From the NCBI GenBank assembly GCA_016779525.1, contig JADHNL010000003.1:1-56533 (forward strand): a DNA stretch of 56,533 bases, given 5' to 3'. The translations under genes were made by a program, and so were the position numbers. The DNA comes from SAR86 cluster bacterium. Lineage in GTDB: Bacteria; Pseudomonadota; Gammaproteobacteria; Magnimaribacterales; TMED112. The stretch's first letter is position 1. Each line of letters opens with the position of its first letter. Below are positions 1-9,995 of the stretch, in pieces. The notes beneath the pieces are model-generated. The model did not search any database. It worked only from the letters and a program-made list of their open reading frames with translations, and was not told the origin of the DNA.

Positions 1-78
1 GTTGCTTACGGAGATGGTAAGCAAATAATAATTGGCGCCTACAAAGCTGACCGTATCGCAGTCTTTAGGGTCGAATAG
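1..78 (+). CDS. 3' end of an unidentified CDS truncated by the window edge
   Basis: Frame 1 is open from base 1 to TAG at 76-78 (VAYGDGKQIIIGAYKADRIAVFRVE*) and converges on gatB. Too short to assign a product. Confidence 0.5.
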   Translation, partial: VAYGDGKQIIIGAYKADRIAVFRVE

Positions 79-103
79 TTAACCAGCGCAGATTTTTAGC
101 AAT

Positions 104-1537
104 TTAAAGTTTAGATTTCAGAATTTGATTAATCAGTCCAGGATTAGCTTTGCCTTGAGTTGCTTTCATTGCTTGACCCACGAAAAAGCCAAATAATTTA
201 TCTTTACCAGACTTATAAGCAGCAACTTGGGATGGATTATCTTTAATGATTTGATCAACAATTATTTCAAGTTCACCCTCATCAGAAATTTGTTGTAGAC
301 CTTTACCCTCTATAACTTTGGCTACATCTTCACCACTTTCCCAAATTTCCTCAAGAACTTCTTTAGCAATTTTGCCAGATATGGTGTTATCAGAAATTTT
401 TTGGATTAACTTGGAAAAGTTTTCTGCGGTAATTTTGCTGTCAGATAAATTGACATCATTTTTATTTATTAAGGCATTAAGGTCGCCAATGATCCATTTT
501 GCCGCTAGTTTAGGGCTGGCATCTTTAACCACTACTTCATAAAAGTCGGCTGTCAGTTTGTCGGCACAAATAACTCCAGCATCGTATTCACTGAGGCCAT
601 AGGTCTCTACTAAGCGCACTTGTTTTTGCTCTGGTAGTTCGCCCATATTAGCTTGGACCTCTTTTTTAAGTTCATCTGAGATAGCAAATGGCACTAGATC
701 TGGACAGGGGAAGTACCGGTAGTCATTGGCAAATTCTTTGGTTCTCATTGAACGCGTCTCATCTTTGATGGCATCGTAAAGTCTTGTTTCTTGTTCAACT
801 GTACCACCTGATTCAAGAATTTTAATTTGTCGTTTAATCTCATAATTTATTGCCCTTTCTACAAAACGAAATGAATTGATATTCTTAATTTCAGCTCGAG
901 TACCATATTCTTTATCATCGGGACGCATGATTGAAACATTGGCATCGCAGCGCAACGATCCTTGCGACATATTGCCATCAGAAATATCTAAATAGGTTAC
1001 TATTTGGTGAATTTTCTTAAGGTATTTTACTGCTTCCTCCGCAGATCTAATATCTGGCTCTGACACGATTTCAAGCAAAGGTACCCCTGAGCGATTAAGA
1101 TCAATTACAGATTCATCATCGTAAATGTCGTGCATTGATTTACCAGCATCTTCTTCAAGATGAGCTTGATGGATACGAACTTCTTTGCCCTCAATGCCTA
1201 CTCGACCATTTTTTACAATAGGGTAGTGTAGTTGAGTGATTTGATAGCCTTTTGGCAGGTCTGGATAAAAGTAATTCTTTCTATCAAAAACCATGGTTTC
1301 AGCAATTTCTGCATTGGTAGCTAAGCCAAATTTAATTCCCTGTTTAATAGCTCCCTCGTTCAACACGGGCAGGACACCAGGAAGCCCTAAATCTATTAAG
1401 TCGACCAGTGTGTTTGCTTCCTCACCAAACTGATTGCGTGAAGGAGAAAAAAGCTTAGTATTGGTCGTAAGCTGCACATGGACCTCTAAGCCTATGACGG
1501 GCTGCCAACCATTTACTAGGGTTTTATCTTGTGCCAA
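104..1537 (-). CDS. gatB: Asp-tRNA(Asn)/Glu-tRNA(Gln) amidotransferase subunit B
   Basis: VIGLEVHVQL, RKNYFYPDLPKGYQI, HLEEDAGK, LRCDANVS and DYRYFP motifs. TTG start with a strong SD (AGGAGGTGA, minus strand 1550-1542). Confidence 0.98.
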   Translation of the reverse strand: MAQDKTLVNGWQPVIGLEVHVQLTTNTKLFSPSRNQFGEEANTLVDLIDLGLPGVLPVLNEGAIKQGIKFGLATNAEIAETMVFDRKNYFYPDLPKGYQITQLHYPIVKNGRVGIEGKEVRIHQAHLEEDAGKSMHDIYDDESVIDLNRSGVPLLEIVSEPDIRSAEEAVKYLKKIHQIVTYLDISDGNMSQGSLRCDANVSIMRPDDKEYGTRAEIKNINSFRFVERAINYEIKRQIKILESGGTVEQETRLYDAIKDETRSMRTKEFANDYRYFPCPDLVPFAISDELKKEVQANMGELPEQKQVRLVETYGLSEYDAGVICADKLTADFYEVVVKDASPKLAAKWIIGDLNALINKNDVNLSDSKITAENFSKLIQKISDNTISGKIAKEVLEEIWESGEDVAKVIEGKGLQQISDEGELEIIVDQIIKDNPSQVAAYKSGKDKLFGFFVGQAMKATQGKANPGLINQILKSKL

Positions 1538-2943
1538 TCGGTCACCTCCTGAAGCTTATGAGTGATGTTAAGCAGTAAATCTTCTGAAAAATAGTTACCT
1601 ACAAACTGTGCTCCTATTGGCAACTCATTGGCCAGACCATTAGGAAAGGATATGGCGGGCAATCCTGCTAGATTTGCCGGGATGGTTAAAAGATCCTCTT
1701 TATACATTCTATTAGGATCCGAACTCGTTCTATTCATTTCAAAAGCTTGGTCAAGTGTTGTTGGTAGAAAAACAAGATCTACGCTTTTAAAGAACTCATC
1801 AAATTTTGACTTCATCATACGCCTTACTTTTTGTGCTTTGCGATAATAGGCATCGTAGAAACCTGCAGAAAGAACGTAAGTGCCAATAAGAATTCGTTTT
1901 CTTACTTCCTCACCAAAACCTTCAGACCTTGTTTGTAAGTAAAGCTCGCTTATATTACTTGAATCGGATCGATGTCCATATTTGACGCCATCAAAACGAG
2001 CGAGGTTGGAGGAGCATTCGGCTGGAGCGATGACATAATAAGAGCAAATTCCAGAAGAAAGTTCGGAAAAATCTAGTTCAACGAATGAGTGTCCCTGTTT
2101 TTCAAGTACAGTTTTTGAGTTTTCATAAGCTTTTAATATTTCCTCAGAAATTCCAAGCTGATCTATGTCTCTGAGAATTCCAATTTTTAAATTGCCAACA
2201 TCGCCTCTTAATGCATCTTCATACTTAACTTTATCTCTTTGAGCAGAGGTTGAATCTTTTGCATCGTAAGATGCCATGGCATCGAGTAATGCAGCGCAAC
2301 CAAATGCATCGCGGGCAAAAGGCCCAGCTTGATCCATGCTAGAGCAAAAAGCTATCATGCCCCACCTAGAAACAAGCCCATACGTTGGCTTTAGGCCGGT
2401 TATACCGCATAGTGCTGCTGGCTGCCTTATAGACCCTCCTGTATCGGTTCCAGTTGCAAGAGAGGTTATATCGGCTGCAACGGAAGCTGCAGAACCACCA
2501 GAGCTTCCTCCGGGTACCAACGACTCTCCCCAGGGATTAATTACTGGTCCAAAAAAACTTGTCTCATTGGAGGAACCCATAGCAAATTCATCCATATTTG
2601 TTTTGCCAATCATAATGGAACCGGCTTGATGACAATTTGATGTGACGGTTGACTCGTAAGGCGGAGTAAAATTCTCCAACATTTTGGAGGCGCAGGTTGT
2701 ACGCTTTCCTTTCGTGCAAAAGATATCTTTATGGGCTATAGGGATGCCACCCAAAGCAAGATCTTTATAATCATTAAAATTATTGTCTATATATTCAGCT
2801 TTTTTAAGCGCATCTTCATCAAAGGTACTAATAAAAGCATTTAAATTGCTGTATTTATGTGCCTTATCAAGACTATCTTTGGTTAGCTCTTTTGCTGAAA
2901 TTTCTTTGTTGCGAAATCTCTCTCTGATATCTTTAAAATTCAT
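1516..2943 (-). CDS. gatA: Asp/Glu-tRNA amidotransferase subunit A
   Basis: Amidase signature GKTNMDEFAMGSS, PGGSSGGSAA, GTDTGGSIRQPA; lies between gatC and gatB. Confidence 0.98.
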   Translation of the reverse strand: MNFKDIRERFRNKEISAKELTKDSLDKAHKYSNLNAFISTFDEDALKKAEYIDNNFNDYKDLALGGIPIAHKDIFCTKGKRTTCASKMLENFTPPYESTVTSNCHQAGSIMIGKTNMDEFAMGSSNETSFFGPVINPWGESLVPGGSSGGSAASVAADITSLATGTDTGGSIRQPAALCGITGLKPTYGLVSRWGMIAFCSSMDQAGPFARDAFGCAALLDAMASYDAKDSTSAQRDKVKYEDALRGDVGNLKIGILRDIDQLGISEEILKAYENSKTVLEKQGHSFVELDFSELSSGICSYYVIAPAECSSNLARFDGVKYGHRSDSSNISELYLQTRSEGFGEEVRKRILIGTYVLSAGFYDAYYRKAQKVRRMMKSKFDEFFKSVDLVFLPTTLDQAFEMNRTSSDPNRMYKEDLLTIPANLAGLPAISFPNGLANELPIGAQFVGNYFSEDLLLNITHKLQEVTDWHKIKP

Positions 2944-3221
2944 TCTACTATTTTAGGTACAACAAAGAAGTCATCGTCTGATTTGGGTGACTCTGCCAGA
3001 AATTCTTTTTTACTATTTCGATCATCTTCACTATCTGCACGACTTACATTAGTCAGTTCAAGCGGATTATTGAGTGGCTCAAATTGGTCTAAGTCCAATT
3101 CATTCATTTGATCAATCATTCCAAATGTAGTTTTTAACTTTTCTATAATTTTTGGGTAATCTTCCTCTTTAGCACCAATTCTTGACAAAAATAAAAGATT
3201 TTTTAACTCGATTTTATCCAT
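2940..3221 (-). CDS. gatC: Asp/Glu-tRNA amidotransferase subunit C
   Basis: 93 aa ending FFVVPKIVE, first gene of gatCAB, overlaps the gatA start. Confidence 0.93.
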   Translation of the reverse strand: MDKIELKNLLFLSRIGAKEEDYPKIIEKLKTTFGMIDQMNELDLDQFEPLNNPLELTNVSRADSEDDRNSKKEFLAESPKSDDDFFVVPKIVE

Positions 3222-3272
3222 TAAAAGCCTTATTCTAGTAAGTTCCGGTTATTATAGGGTTTAATTGAAGAA

Positions 3273-4313
3273 ATGTTTAAATTTTTAAGAAGTCTTTTCT
3301 CAAACGACATATCAATTGATTTAGGAACTGCTAACACATTGATATATACCAAGGAAGATGGAATTGTCCTTGATGAGCCCTCAGTTGTGGCAATACAAGA
3401 AAAAAATGGTCAAAAAACAGTAGTGGCTGTTGGACATGATGCTAAGAAAATGCTGGGCAGAACGCCGGGTCAAATGGAAGCAATTAGACCTCTAAGAGAT
3501 GGTGTTATAGCTGACTTTAACGTTACAGAAAAGATGCTACAGCATTTCATTAAAAAAGTATCTAATAGCTCAATACTGGCACCAAGCCCCAGAGTCTTAA
3601 TTTGCGTGCCTTCAAAAGCAACTCAAGTTGAAAAAAGAGCAATCAGAGAATCGGCTCTTTCAGCAGGAGCCAGTGTTGTAAAGCTTATTGAGGAGCCAAT
3701 TGCGGCTGCATTAGGTGCTGGAGTTGGAATTGATAAACCTAGAGGCAGCATGGTGATTGACATTGGTGGTGGCACTTCAGAGGTTGCAATTCTCTCATTA
3801 AACGGGATAGTCTATTCAGAATCACTTAAAGTTGGGGGCGATAAATTTGATGAGGCCATCCAAGCCTACGTTAGAAGAAAATTTGGAGTAGTCATTGGAG
3901 AATCAACTGCTGAGTTAATCAAACTGCAAGTTGGATGTGCCACACTTAATTGCAAAAAAGATTTTGAGCCATTCGAATTTAGAGGAAGAAATCTTGCTGA
4001 AGGAATTCCAGAATTGGTCATTTTTCAAAAGGAGGATGGTTTTAGAGCCTTAGAAAATCAAACTTCCGCGATTGTTAGATCGGTAAGAACAGCATTAGAA
4101 TTATCTCCTCCTGAATTGGCTGCTGATATTTCTCAAGATGGTATTGTTTTAACTGGTGGCGGAGCTTTATTGCATTGTTTAGATACTCTCATTGAACAAT
4201 CAACAGGAATACCAACTAGAGTTGCTGAAGACCCATTAACTTGCGTAGCTCGAGGCGGAGGTATTGCTTTAGCATTAATGGATAAAGACTTTGATCTCTT
4301 TGCTGAAGAGTAA
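3273..4313 (+). CDS. mreB: rod shape-determining actin MreB
   Basis: [14 protein letters not shown] and LTGGGA actin-ATPase motifs; divergent from gatC as in many gammaproteobacteria. Confidence 0.99.
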   Translation: MFKFLRSLFSNDISIDLGTANTLIYTKEDGIVLDEPSVVAIQEKNGQKTVVAVGHDAKKMLGRTPGQMEAIRPLRDGVIADFNVTEKMLQHFIKKVSNSSILAPSPRVLICVPSKATQVEKRAIRESALSAGASVVKLIEEPIAAALGAGVGIDKPRGSMVIDIGGGTSEVAILSLNGIVYSESLKVGGDKFDEAIQAYVRRKFGVVIGESTAELIKLQVGCATLNCKKDFEPFEFRGRNLAEGIPELVIFQKEDGFRALENQTSAIVRSVRTALELSPPELAADISQDGIVLTGGGALLHCLDTLIEQSTGIPTRVAEDPLTCVARGGGIALALMDKDFDLFAEE

Positions 4314-5113
4314 TGCAAGCAAAAAAATTATCTTTTAGAGATAAAATTGAAACACTAATTCTTTCTATTTTTCTAATTATTTTTTTAGGCTACCTTTCTT
4401 ATTTTGTGGATTTAAATAAAAAATCCCACAGATTTTTAGAAATGCTTTTTTCTTTACCAAGTGAATTTTTTCAAGCTGCTTTTGAAAATATAAGAGAGTA
4501 TGAAAACAAAAAAATATTTGAGCTTGAGAATAAGATAATGACGTTAGAGTCAGATATTTATGAAAAAAACCTTGAAATTTTGGCGCTAGAAAATAAGAAA
4601 AATTTTTCCAGCAACACTATTTCGAGATTTAATAATTTTCAAGCGTATGTTTCAGGATTTGATCAAGTTAACTATTTATGCTGCCGAAAACATAGAATAT
4701 ATATTTCAACAGATAATACGACTAATATTGTTGAACCAAGAGCAATATCCCAAGGTAGTTTTGTTGTGGGCAGGGCCAGCTCAACTATTTTTAATGAAGC
4801 TGAAGTAAAGCTTCTCAGTGACCCTGAAGAATTTATATCTATCAAAAATAGCCTTGGTTTTTTCTGCATAGCTCAAGGGACAGGTATGCCTCAGGGAATA
4901 AGCTGTAATAATGAGTCCAAAACTAGCGAATTTAAAATAGGAGATACTTTTTTTACAACTGGTTTTGATGGTCTATACCCAGAAGGACTGATTATCGGCA
5001 GATTAGATAAAGTTATCGACAACGAGGGCCCAAACTTTAAACAAACATTGCATATAAAGTTATTTTTCAACCCATATAATTCAATGAATAAGCAATTGTT
5101 GATACATGAATAA
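4313..5113 (+). CDS. mreC: rod shape-determining protein MreC (divergent)
   Basis: N-terminal TM helix, coiled coil, then VVGR...VKLLSD...GDTFFTTGFDGLYPEGLIIG resembling the MreC beta domain; follows mreB. Confidence 0.88.
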   Translation: MQAKKLSFRDKIETLILSIFLIIFLGYLSYFVDLNKKSHRFLEMLFSLPSEFFQAAFENIREYENKKIFELENKIMTLESDIYEKNLEILALENKKNFSSNTISRFNNFQAYVSGFDQVNYLCCRKHRIYISTDNTTNIVEPRAISQGSFVVGRASSTIFNEAEVKLLSDPEEFISIKNSLGFFCIAQGTGMPQGISCNNESKTSEFKIGDTFFTTGFDGLYPEGLIIGRLDKVIDNEGPNFKQTLHIKLFFNPYNSMNKQLLIHE

Positions 5114-5561
5114 TTTAAATTTTTTTATTACAACCTTCTTTTGTATTTGCATCAACTACTTATTATTGAGCACAAATATATGGTCTATTATCCCCGATGT
5201 ATTTTTGTTACATATGTTATTTTTAGCCTCAACATACACAACTTACCCCAAGGTTTATTTCTTTATCTTAAATGGGTTTTTTATAGATATTTTCTTTTAT
5301 GAAATTATAGGGCCTTACACCTTAACTTACTTTGTAATTGGTATCTACCTGACATTTTCAGTAGCAAGGTGGGAGCAAAGATCCTTACTCATTCAGCTAG
5401 CTTTAATTTCATCCATTAGTCTATTAGTTAACATTTTAATTGGTGCACTTGAAGAGTATTCATTTGTGCGACACAGAGCTGTTATTAGCACAATTTTTCT
5501 GAATTTAATTTGGGTTTTAATTTTCATGTACCAAAGGGATAAATGGTTGAAAAATATTTAA
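5106..5561 (+). CDS. mreD: rod shape-determining protein MreD
   Basis: 151-aa polytopic membrane protein with PD and GFFID motifs, directly after mreC. Confidence 0.8.
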   Translation: MNNLNFFITTFFCICINYLLLSTNIWSIIPDVFLLHMLFLASTYTTYPKVYFFILNGFFIDIFFYEIIGPYTLTYFVIGIYLTFSVARWEQRSLLIQLALISSISLLVNILIGALEEYSFVRHRAVISTIFLNLIWVLIFMYQRDKWLKNI

Positions 5562-7540
5562 TCTGGCCTGCTAGGCTTTTCTTATATTTCTCGTGCCTAA
5601 CGCTCTTAGTATTCTATGTGTTTATTTTTTCATTAAGCTTCAATTCAGCTTCTAAAGCAATTATCAATTTAATAATGGGCGAGAATGTTTCATACGAAAA
5701 TCTATCAGTTAAACCTCGTTTATTGGGAATTAACATCGAAGGCAAGAACTTTAGTTACAAACAAGAGGATGTGATCTTTAGTGTTGAGAGCATTAGCTTG
5801 GATTTAGATTTTCTTAAAACAATACTAAAAAATAAATTCTACTTAAATGAGTCATCAATACTTAACGGAGGTATTAACTTTCTCGGTAGATCAAGGAATA
5901 TATCAAACTTAAATTTCCAAGTTGAAAATGCGGACTTCACAAATTTTAAATTTGAACATTTAGATTTTAAAAATCTAACGCTAAATAATGTTGTATCTGG
6001 GAAAGATGGAGTAGGTTTTGAATTCTCAAAATTAGATTTGAAACTTCCAAGCAATCTTCAGCAAATTAATAATCTATTCGGAATCGGTTATTTTATTGAT
6101 CGGCAATTAAAACTCCTTGTAAATTCTCCACTTGGGGAGCTGGACATCAATAACTTTGATAGGTTTCTATTCCCAGACTTAAAAGGCTTTATACACTTAA
6201 ATTTCTTAGAGGGTTTTAGCATTTCAAGAGGCCATTTATTCTCAGGAAGTAATAAAGAATTAGTAAATGCATACTTTGAATATGATAGATATTTTAATCT
6301 GCTTATAAATCAACAAGGCGACTCAAATAGTATTATTTCAGCACTTCCTGGAGATCTTGATGAAGTTGCTAGCTTCTTAGCTGAATCAAATTTTTACAGC
6401 AAGCATGTAAATTTACTCTTGTCCTATTCCTCAAAGGGCCAAGAAAATATTTTTGACTCCGTTGCAATTTATGATGAATTAGAAATTAACCTTAGTGGGC
6501 TAAAGCTTCGCTCAGCATTAGCAAAAAGCTATATCAATAGTAATAAGTTCTCACTTTTTTCTGAAAAAATGAATACTGAAAGTTTAAGTTTGAATAAATT
6601 GAATATTTCAAAAAAACATAACGACGATAGATTCCAAGTACATTTCAACTTATTAGGCTCACCATTTTGGTCAAGATACCGTAATCAAATCGCTTTAAAC
6701 TCAATATGGCATTATTCAACTCCTGAAAGTGAAGTTTCCTTTTCGATAGGTAAAGACAAAACAATTTATACCAAAGGTGAGTATGTTATAGGTTTTAGCT
6801 TGCCAGATGAATTGGGAATTAGAAAAAATGGTATACAAATCAATCCAATATCTGTTAGTTCCAATGTTTTTAATTTTAGTGATAGTTTTCAAAATGAACT
6901 TTTTTTTAATTTTGAAAAATTAAGACTTGAAAATGTTAATACAAATGCTTCTTTTAAAAAAAATTATCTTACTCCTGATGGCCTTGATTTTAAAAGTTTG
7001 TCACTCAGCTTGAAGGATGGGTTCGTTGATTTTAGTTCAGATAATCTGAGCATTGGAGGTGAAATAAATATTGCTGGAAGTAATGTAACCTATAGCGAAA
7101 ATACTTTTACTCCCGGAATTTTGGGTGTACTTTCTTTGATCGATATTAGGTCTAATATAATTGATTTATTAAGTTTAGATTTTGATAAATTAAATGCTGA
7201 AAACATCCTTGTAGACAGTCTTGAGGGGAATTTGTTTTTGGATGGTAATAATTTTGTAAATATAGATGTTATTGAACTTAACTTTGGTTCGGCACAAGCG
7301 AAGATTTCAGGGATAGTGAACTCTAATTTAGAGTATCTTGATACTTATGATTTAGATTTAGTATTTGATTCTAATATATCTCAAAATATCCCTTGGTATC
7401 TTGCATTATTTGGCAATATCCCAGCAGCAGCTGGAGCAGCAGTTATAGGTAATTTGCTTGAGCAAGATGGGAGTAAATTATTTTCAGCAAAGTATAAAAT
7501 CACAGGCACAACTAATGAGCTTAAAGTAAGCTCTAAGTAA
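5543..7540 (+). CDS. yhdP: YhdP/AsmA-like intermembrane phospholipid bridge protein, about half length
   Basis: N-terminal TM anchor, beta-rich body, C-terminus NIPWYLALFGNIPAAAGAAV...KYKITG like the YhdP C-terminal region; usual position downstream of mreBCD. Confidence 0.7.
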   Translation: MVEKYLIWPARLFLYFSCLTLLVFYVFIFSLSFNSASKAIINLIMGENVSYENLSVKPRLLGINIEGKNFSYKQEDVIFSVESISLDLDFLKTILKNKFYLNESSILNGGINFLGRSRNISNLNFQVENADFTNFKFEHLDFKNLTLNNVVSGKDGVGFEFSKLDLKLPSNLQQINNLFGIGYFIDRQLKLLVNSPLGELDINNFDRFLFPDLKGFIHLNFLEGFSISRGHLFSGSNKELVNAYFEYDRYFNLLINQQGDSNSIISALPGDLDEVASFLAESNFYSKHVNLLLSYSSKGQENIFDSVAIYDELEINLSGLKLRSALAKSYINSNKFSLFSEKMNTESLSLNKLNISKKHNDDRFQVHFNLLGSPFWSRYRNQIALNSIWHYSTPESEVSFSIGKDKTIYTKGEYVIGFSLPDELGIRKNGIQINPISVSSNVFNFSDSFQNELFFNFEKLRLENVNTNASFKKNYLTPDGLDFKSLSLSLKDGFVDFSSDNLSIGGEINIAGSNVTYSENTFTPGILGVLSLIDIRSNIIDLLSLDFDKLNAENILVDSLEGNLFLDGNNFVNIDVIELNFGSAQAKISGIVNSNLEYLDTYDLDLVFDSNISQNIPWYLALFGNIPAAAGAAVIGNLLEQDGSKLFSAKYKITGTTNELKVSSK

Positions 7541-8876
7541 TAAGAATTGTAATTATCCCAAGAAAACTTACAAACCCAAGAATATCCGTGACTGTTGTAA
7601 TCACAACACCTCCTGAGATCGCTGGGTCATAACCAAACTTTCTAAGCAAACTAGGTACTAGGAAACCAAAAATTGCTGCAGCTATCAGGTTTATAATCAT
7701 TGCGCCAGATATTGCTAATGAAAGCTGAAAGTTATCAAACCAAAAGTTGGTAATTAGAAATATTGCCGAAGAAAAGAATATGGCATTTGCTATCGAAACA
7801 ATAAATTCACGTTTAAACAGATATGTCTTACTCTTGTTATTTAATTTTCTTAAAGCCTCTGCCCGTATGTATATTCCCAATGTTTGTGTTGCAGCGATAC
7901 CACCCATACTAGCTACAATAGGCATTAAAACTGCTGCATAAATAATCTGATCTAAAATCTCTGTAAAAAAGCTTATGGCATAAGAAGCCATTATTGCGGT
8001 CCCTAAATTTATTGATAGCCAAATTAACCGACTAGAGATTGTTTTTTTTGGAGATGCAAAAATATCGTCCTCGATTTGAGTAAGACCAATAAAGTCTTGC
8101 TCAACCTCATCCACTGCTATATCGATAATATCATCTACAGTAATTCTCCCCAGTAATTTATTATTTTCATCAATGACTGGAGCAGAGAAAAGATCTTTAT
8201 TCTTAAATAGGTTGTAAACATCGATTTGGTTCAAGGAAGAGAATATAGGTTGAAATTCAGTATCCATTACTTCTCGTACTGTCAAATTTTGCTCAGATGT
8301 TAAAATTTTTGTAATTGGAAGAATACCTAAATACTCATCATTCTTTGTTACAACATAAATATCATCGGTATTTTGGGGAATATTCTTTAAGAACCGCAAA
8401 TATCTTGAAACAAGTTCAATTGTGTTGTCTGCTCTCACAGTTATGATATCTGTATTCATTAGGCCACCAGCAGTTTCCTCTGAAAAATCTAAAACATTCT
8501 CAACTCTGCCTCTGTCTCTTGAATTCATTAGAGATAAGACCTCATTAGTTATTTTTTCTGGAAGTGATTGCAAAATATCTGCAAGATCATCGGCTTCCAA
8601 GTCACTTATAGCCAAAGAGATTTCCTCAGGATTCATATCAAAGAGCAATTGCTCTCTTAAGGATTCATCTAATTCACCCAATACCTCACCTTCCGCATCA
8701 AGTTGTATTAGGTCCCAAATTATTTTTCTCTCTTGAGGAGGAGAGTTTTCCATCAAGAATGCTAACTCACTTGCTGACATTTCAGAAAGTATTCTTGTTA
8801 GTTTGGCTTTGTATTCTGAATTATTTAGTGTGGACTGAATAAGTTCGTATTTAGATTCAGGGATTCGATAAGCCAT
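7533..8876 (-). CDS. mgtE: magnesium transporter MgtE
   Basis: Acidic N domain, ETAGGLM, two CBS domains (LLGRITVDD), membrane domain with MPIVASMGG and TTVTD. Confidence 0.96.
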   Translation of the reverse strand: MAYRIPESKYELIQSTLNNSEYKAKLTRILSEMSASELAFLMENSPPQERKIIWDLIQLDAEGEVLGELDESLREQLLFDMNPEEISLAISDLEADDLADILQSLPEKITNEVLSLMNSRDRGRVENVLDFSEETAGGLMNTDIITVRADNTIELVSRYLRFLKNIPQNTDDIYVVTKNDEYLGILPITKILTSEQNLTVREVMDTEFQPIFSSLNQIDVYNLFKNKDLFSAPVIDENNKLLGRITVDDIIDIAVDEVEQDFIGLTQIEDDIFASPKKTISSRLIWLSINLGTAIMASYAISFFTEILDQIIYAAVLMPIVASMGGIAATQTLGIYIRAEALRKLNNKSKTYLFKREFIVSIANAIFFSSAIFLITNFWFDNFQLSLAISGAMIINLIAAAIFGFLVPSLLRKFGYDPAISGGVVITTVTDILGFVSFLGIITILIT

Positions 8877-8882
8877 GCGGCT

Positions 8883-8888
8883 ATTTTA
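8883..8888 (-). promoter_or_regulatory. putative -10 element for a leaderless mgtE transcript
   Basis: Minus strand reads TAAAAT-AGCCGC-ATG (6-nt spacer, no SD). Confidence 0.5.
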
Positions 8889-8908
8889 CTAAATAATTAA
8901 GAAAATTA

Positions 8909-9613
8909 TTATTCACCAAAATAAAATTTCTTTGCAAGAGGATCTCTAGAAATTTCTTCAGGGCTGCCAGTTGACAAAATCTTGCCTTGATTCATTAAGA
9001 TAATACTATCGCAGACATTAATAACGTCTCTGAAGTTATGATCACTAATAAAAATACTTATTTCTTTGCTCAGCTTTTTTAGAATTTTGTTAATCTCATC
9101 AACTGAGATTGGGTCTACGCCTGCAAATGGCTCATCCAAAAGGATAACCTTAGCATCTAGTAATATGGACCTTAAGATTTCTGCTTTTCGTTTTTCTCCA
9201 CCTGAAAGGTATTTTGCTTTGGTCTCCCCCCTTGCTACTAACCCCATTTTCATAAAAAACTCATCAATTTTCTTTTCTTTACTTGGCATAATTTTTTTAA
9301 ATTTTAATTCCATTGCAAGTCTAATGTTTTCATTAAGACTCAGTTCTTCAAATAAAGAGTTTTCTTGGGGCACATAACTTAAACCAAGCTTTGATCTCTC
9401 TTCAAGACTTAAACCTGTCATATCTTCACCAAAAAATGTTAATTTGCCAGTATCTATTTTTGATAACCCTGCTATAGCCCTGAAAAGACTTGTTTTGCCT
9501 GCACCATTTGCCCCCAAGAGACCTGTGATCGATTTACTCTTAATAGAAATGCTTATATTGCTAAATAGTTCTTTACCATTGACTGTCCTGGCTATGTTAA
9601 GAACTTCAATCAT
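8909..9613 (-). CDS. lptB: LPS export ABC transporter ATPase LptB
   Basis: GANGAGKT, YVPQE, LSGGE, LLDEPFAGVDP and SDHN motifs. Confidence 0.95.
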   Translation of the reverse strand: MIEVLNIARTVNGKELFSNISISIKSKSITGLLGANGAGKTSLFRAIAGLSKIDTGKLTFFGEDMTGLSLEERSKLGLSYVPQENSLFEELSLNENIRLAMELKFKKIMPSKEKKIDEFFMKMGLVARGETKAKYLSGGEKRKAEILRSILLDAKVILLDEPFAGVDPISVDEINKILKKLSKEISIFISDHNFRDVINVCDSIILMNQGKILSTGSPEEISRDPLAKKFYFGE

Positions 9614-9995
9614 TATTCAATTTAATAACTATTGAGTCAGAAGCAATCTTATTATTGCCAGTAATAAGCTGCACATTGCCTGAAAGAGAGAGCACATTCT
9701 GAAAAAGCTCAAGTTTCATTGATGTGCCAGTAATTTTTTGTCCATCAGCGATATAACTAATATTTATAGGGTTTCCTTCTGCAGAGAATTGTTCTTGTTT
9801 TTGGTCTACCACAAGCTTATTAGAAGAAAAGTTTATTTGCTCGGATAAAAATTGTACATCACCCTTATAAATTACTTGATTATCTCTGGTATTAATTTCT
9901 ACGTATTCTGATTTGATTTCATATTCCTGACTCCAAGACTGACAGGATATTGCCAGAAATAAAACTAGGAAGGTTCTATAGAACATTTGATTCAA
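9606..9995 (-). CDS. lptA: LPS transport periplasmic protein LptA (short, OstA-like)
   Basis: Signal peptide and beta-jellyroll pattern (YKGDV, AEGNP, LSGNV); immediately upstream of lptB. Confidence 0.8.
   Translation of the reverse strand: MNQMFYRTFLVLFLAISCQSWSQEYEIKSEYVEINTRDNQVIYKGDVQFLSEQINFSSNKLVVDQKQEQFSAEGNPINISYIADGQKITGTSMKLELFQNVLSLSGNVQLITGNNKIASDSIVIKLNND

Noticed and set aside
79-103. Possible bidirectional terminator between the edge CDS and gatB
   Set aside because: No convincing inverted repeat in the 25-nt gap.
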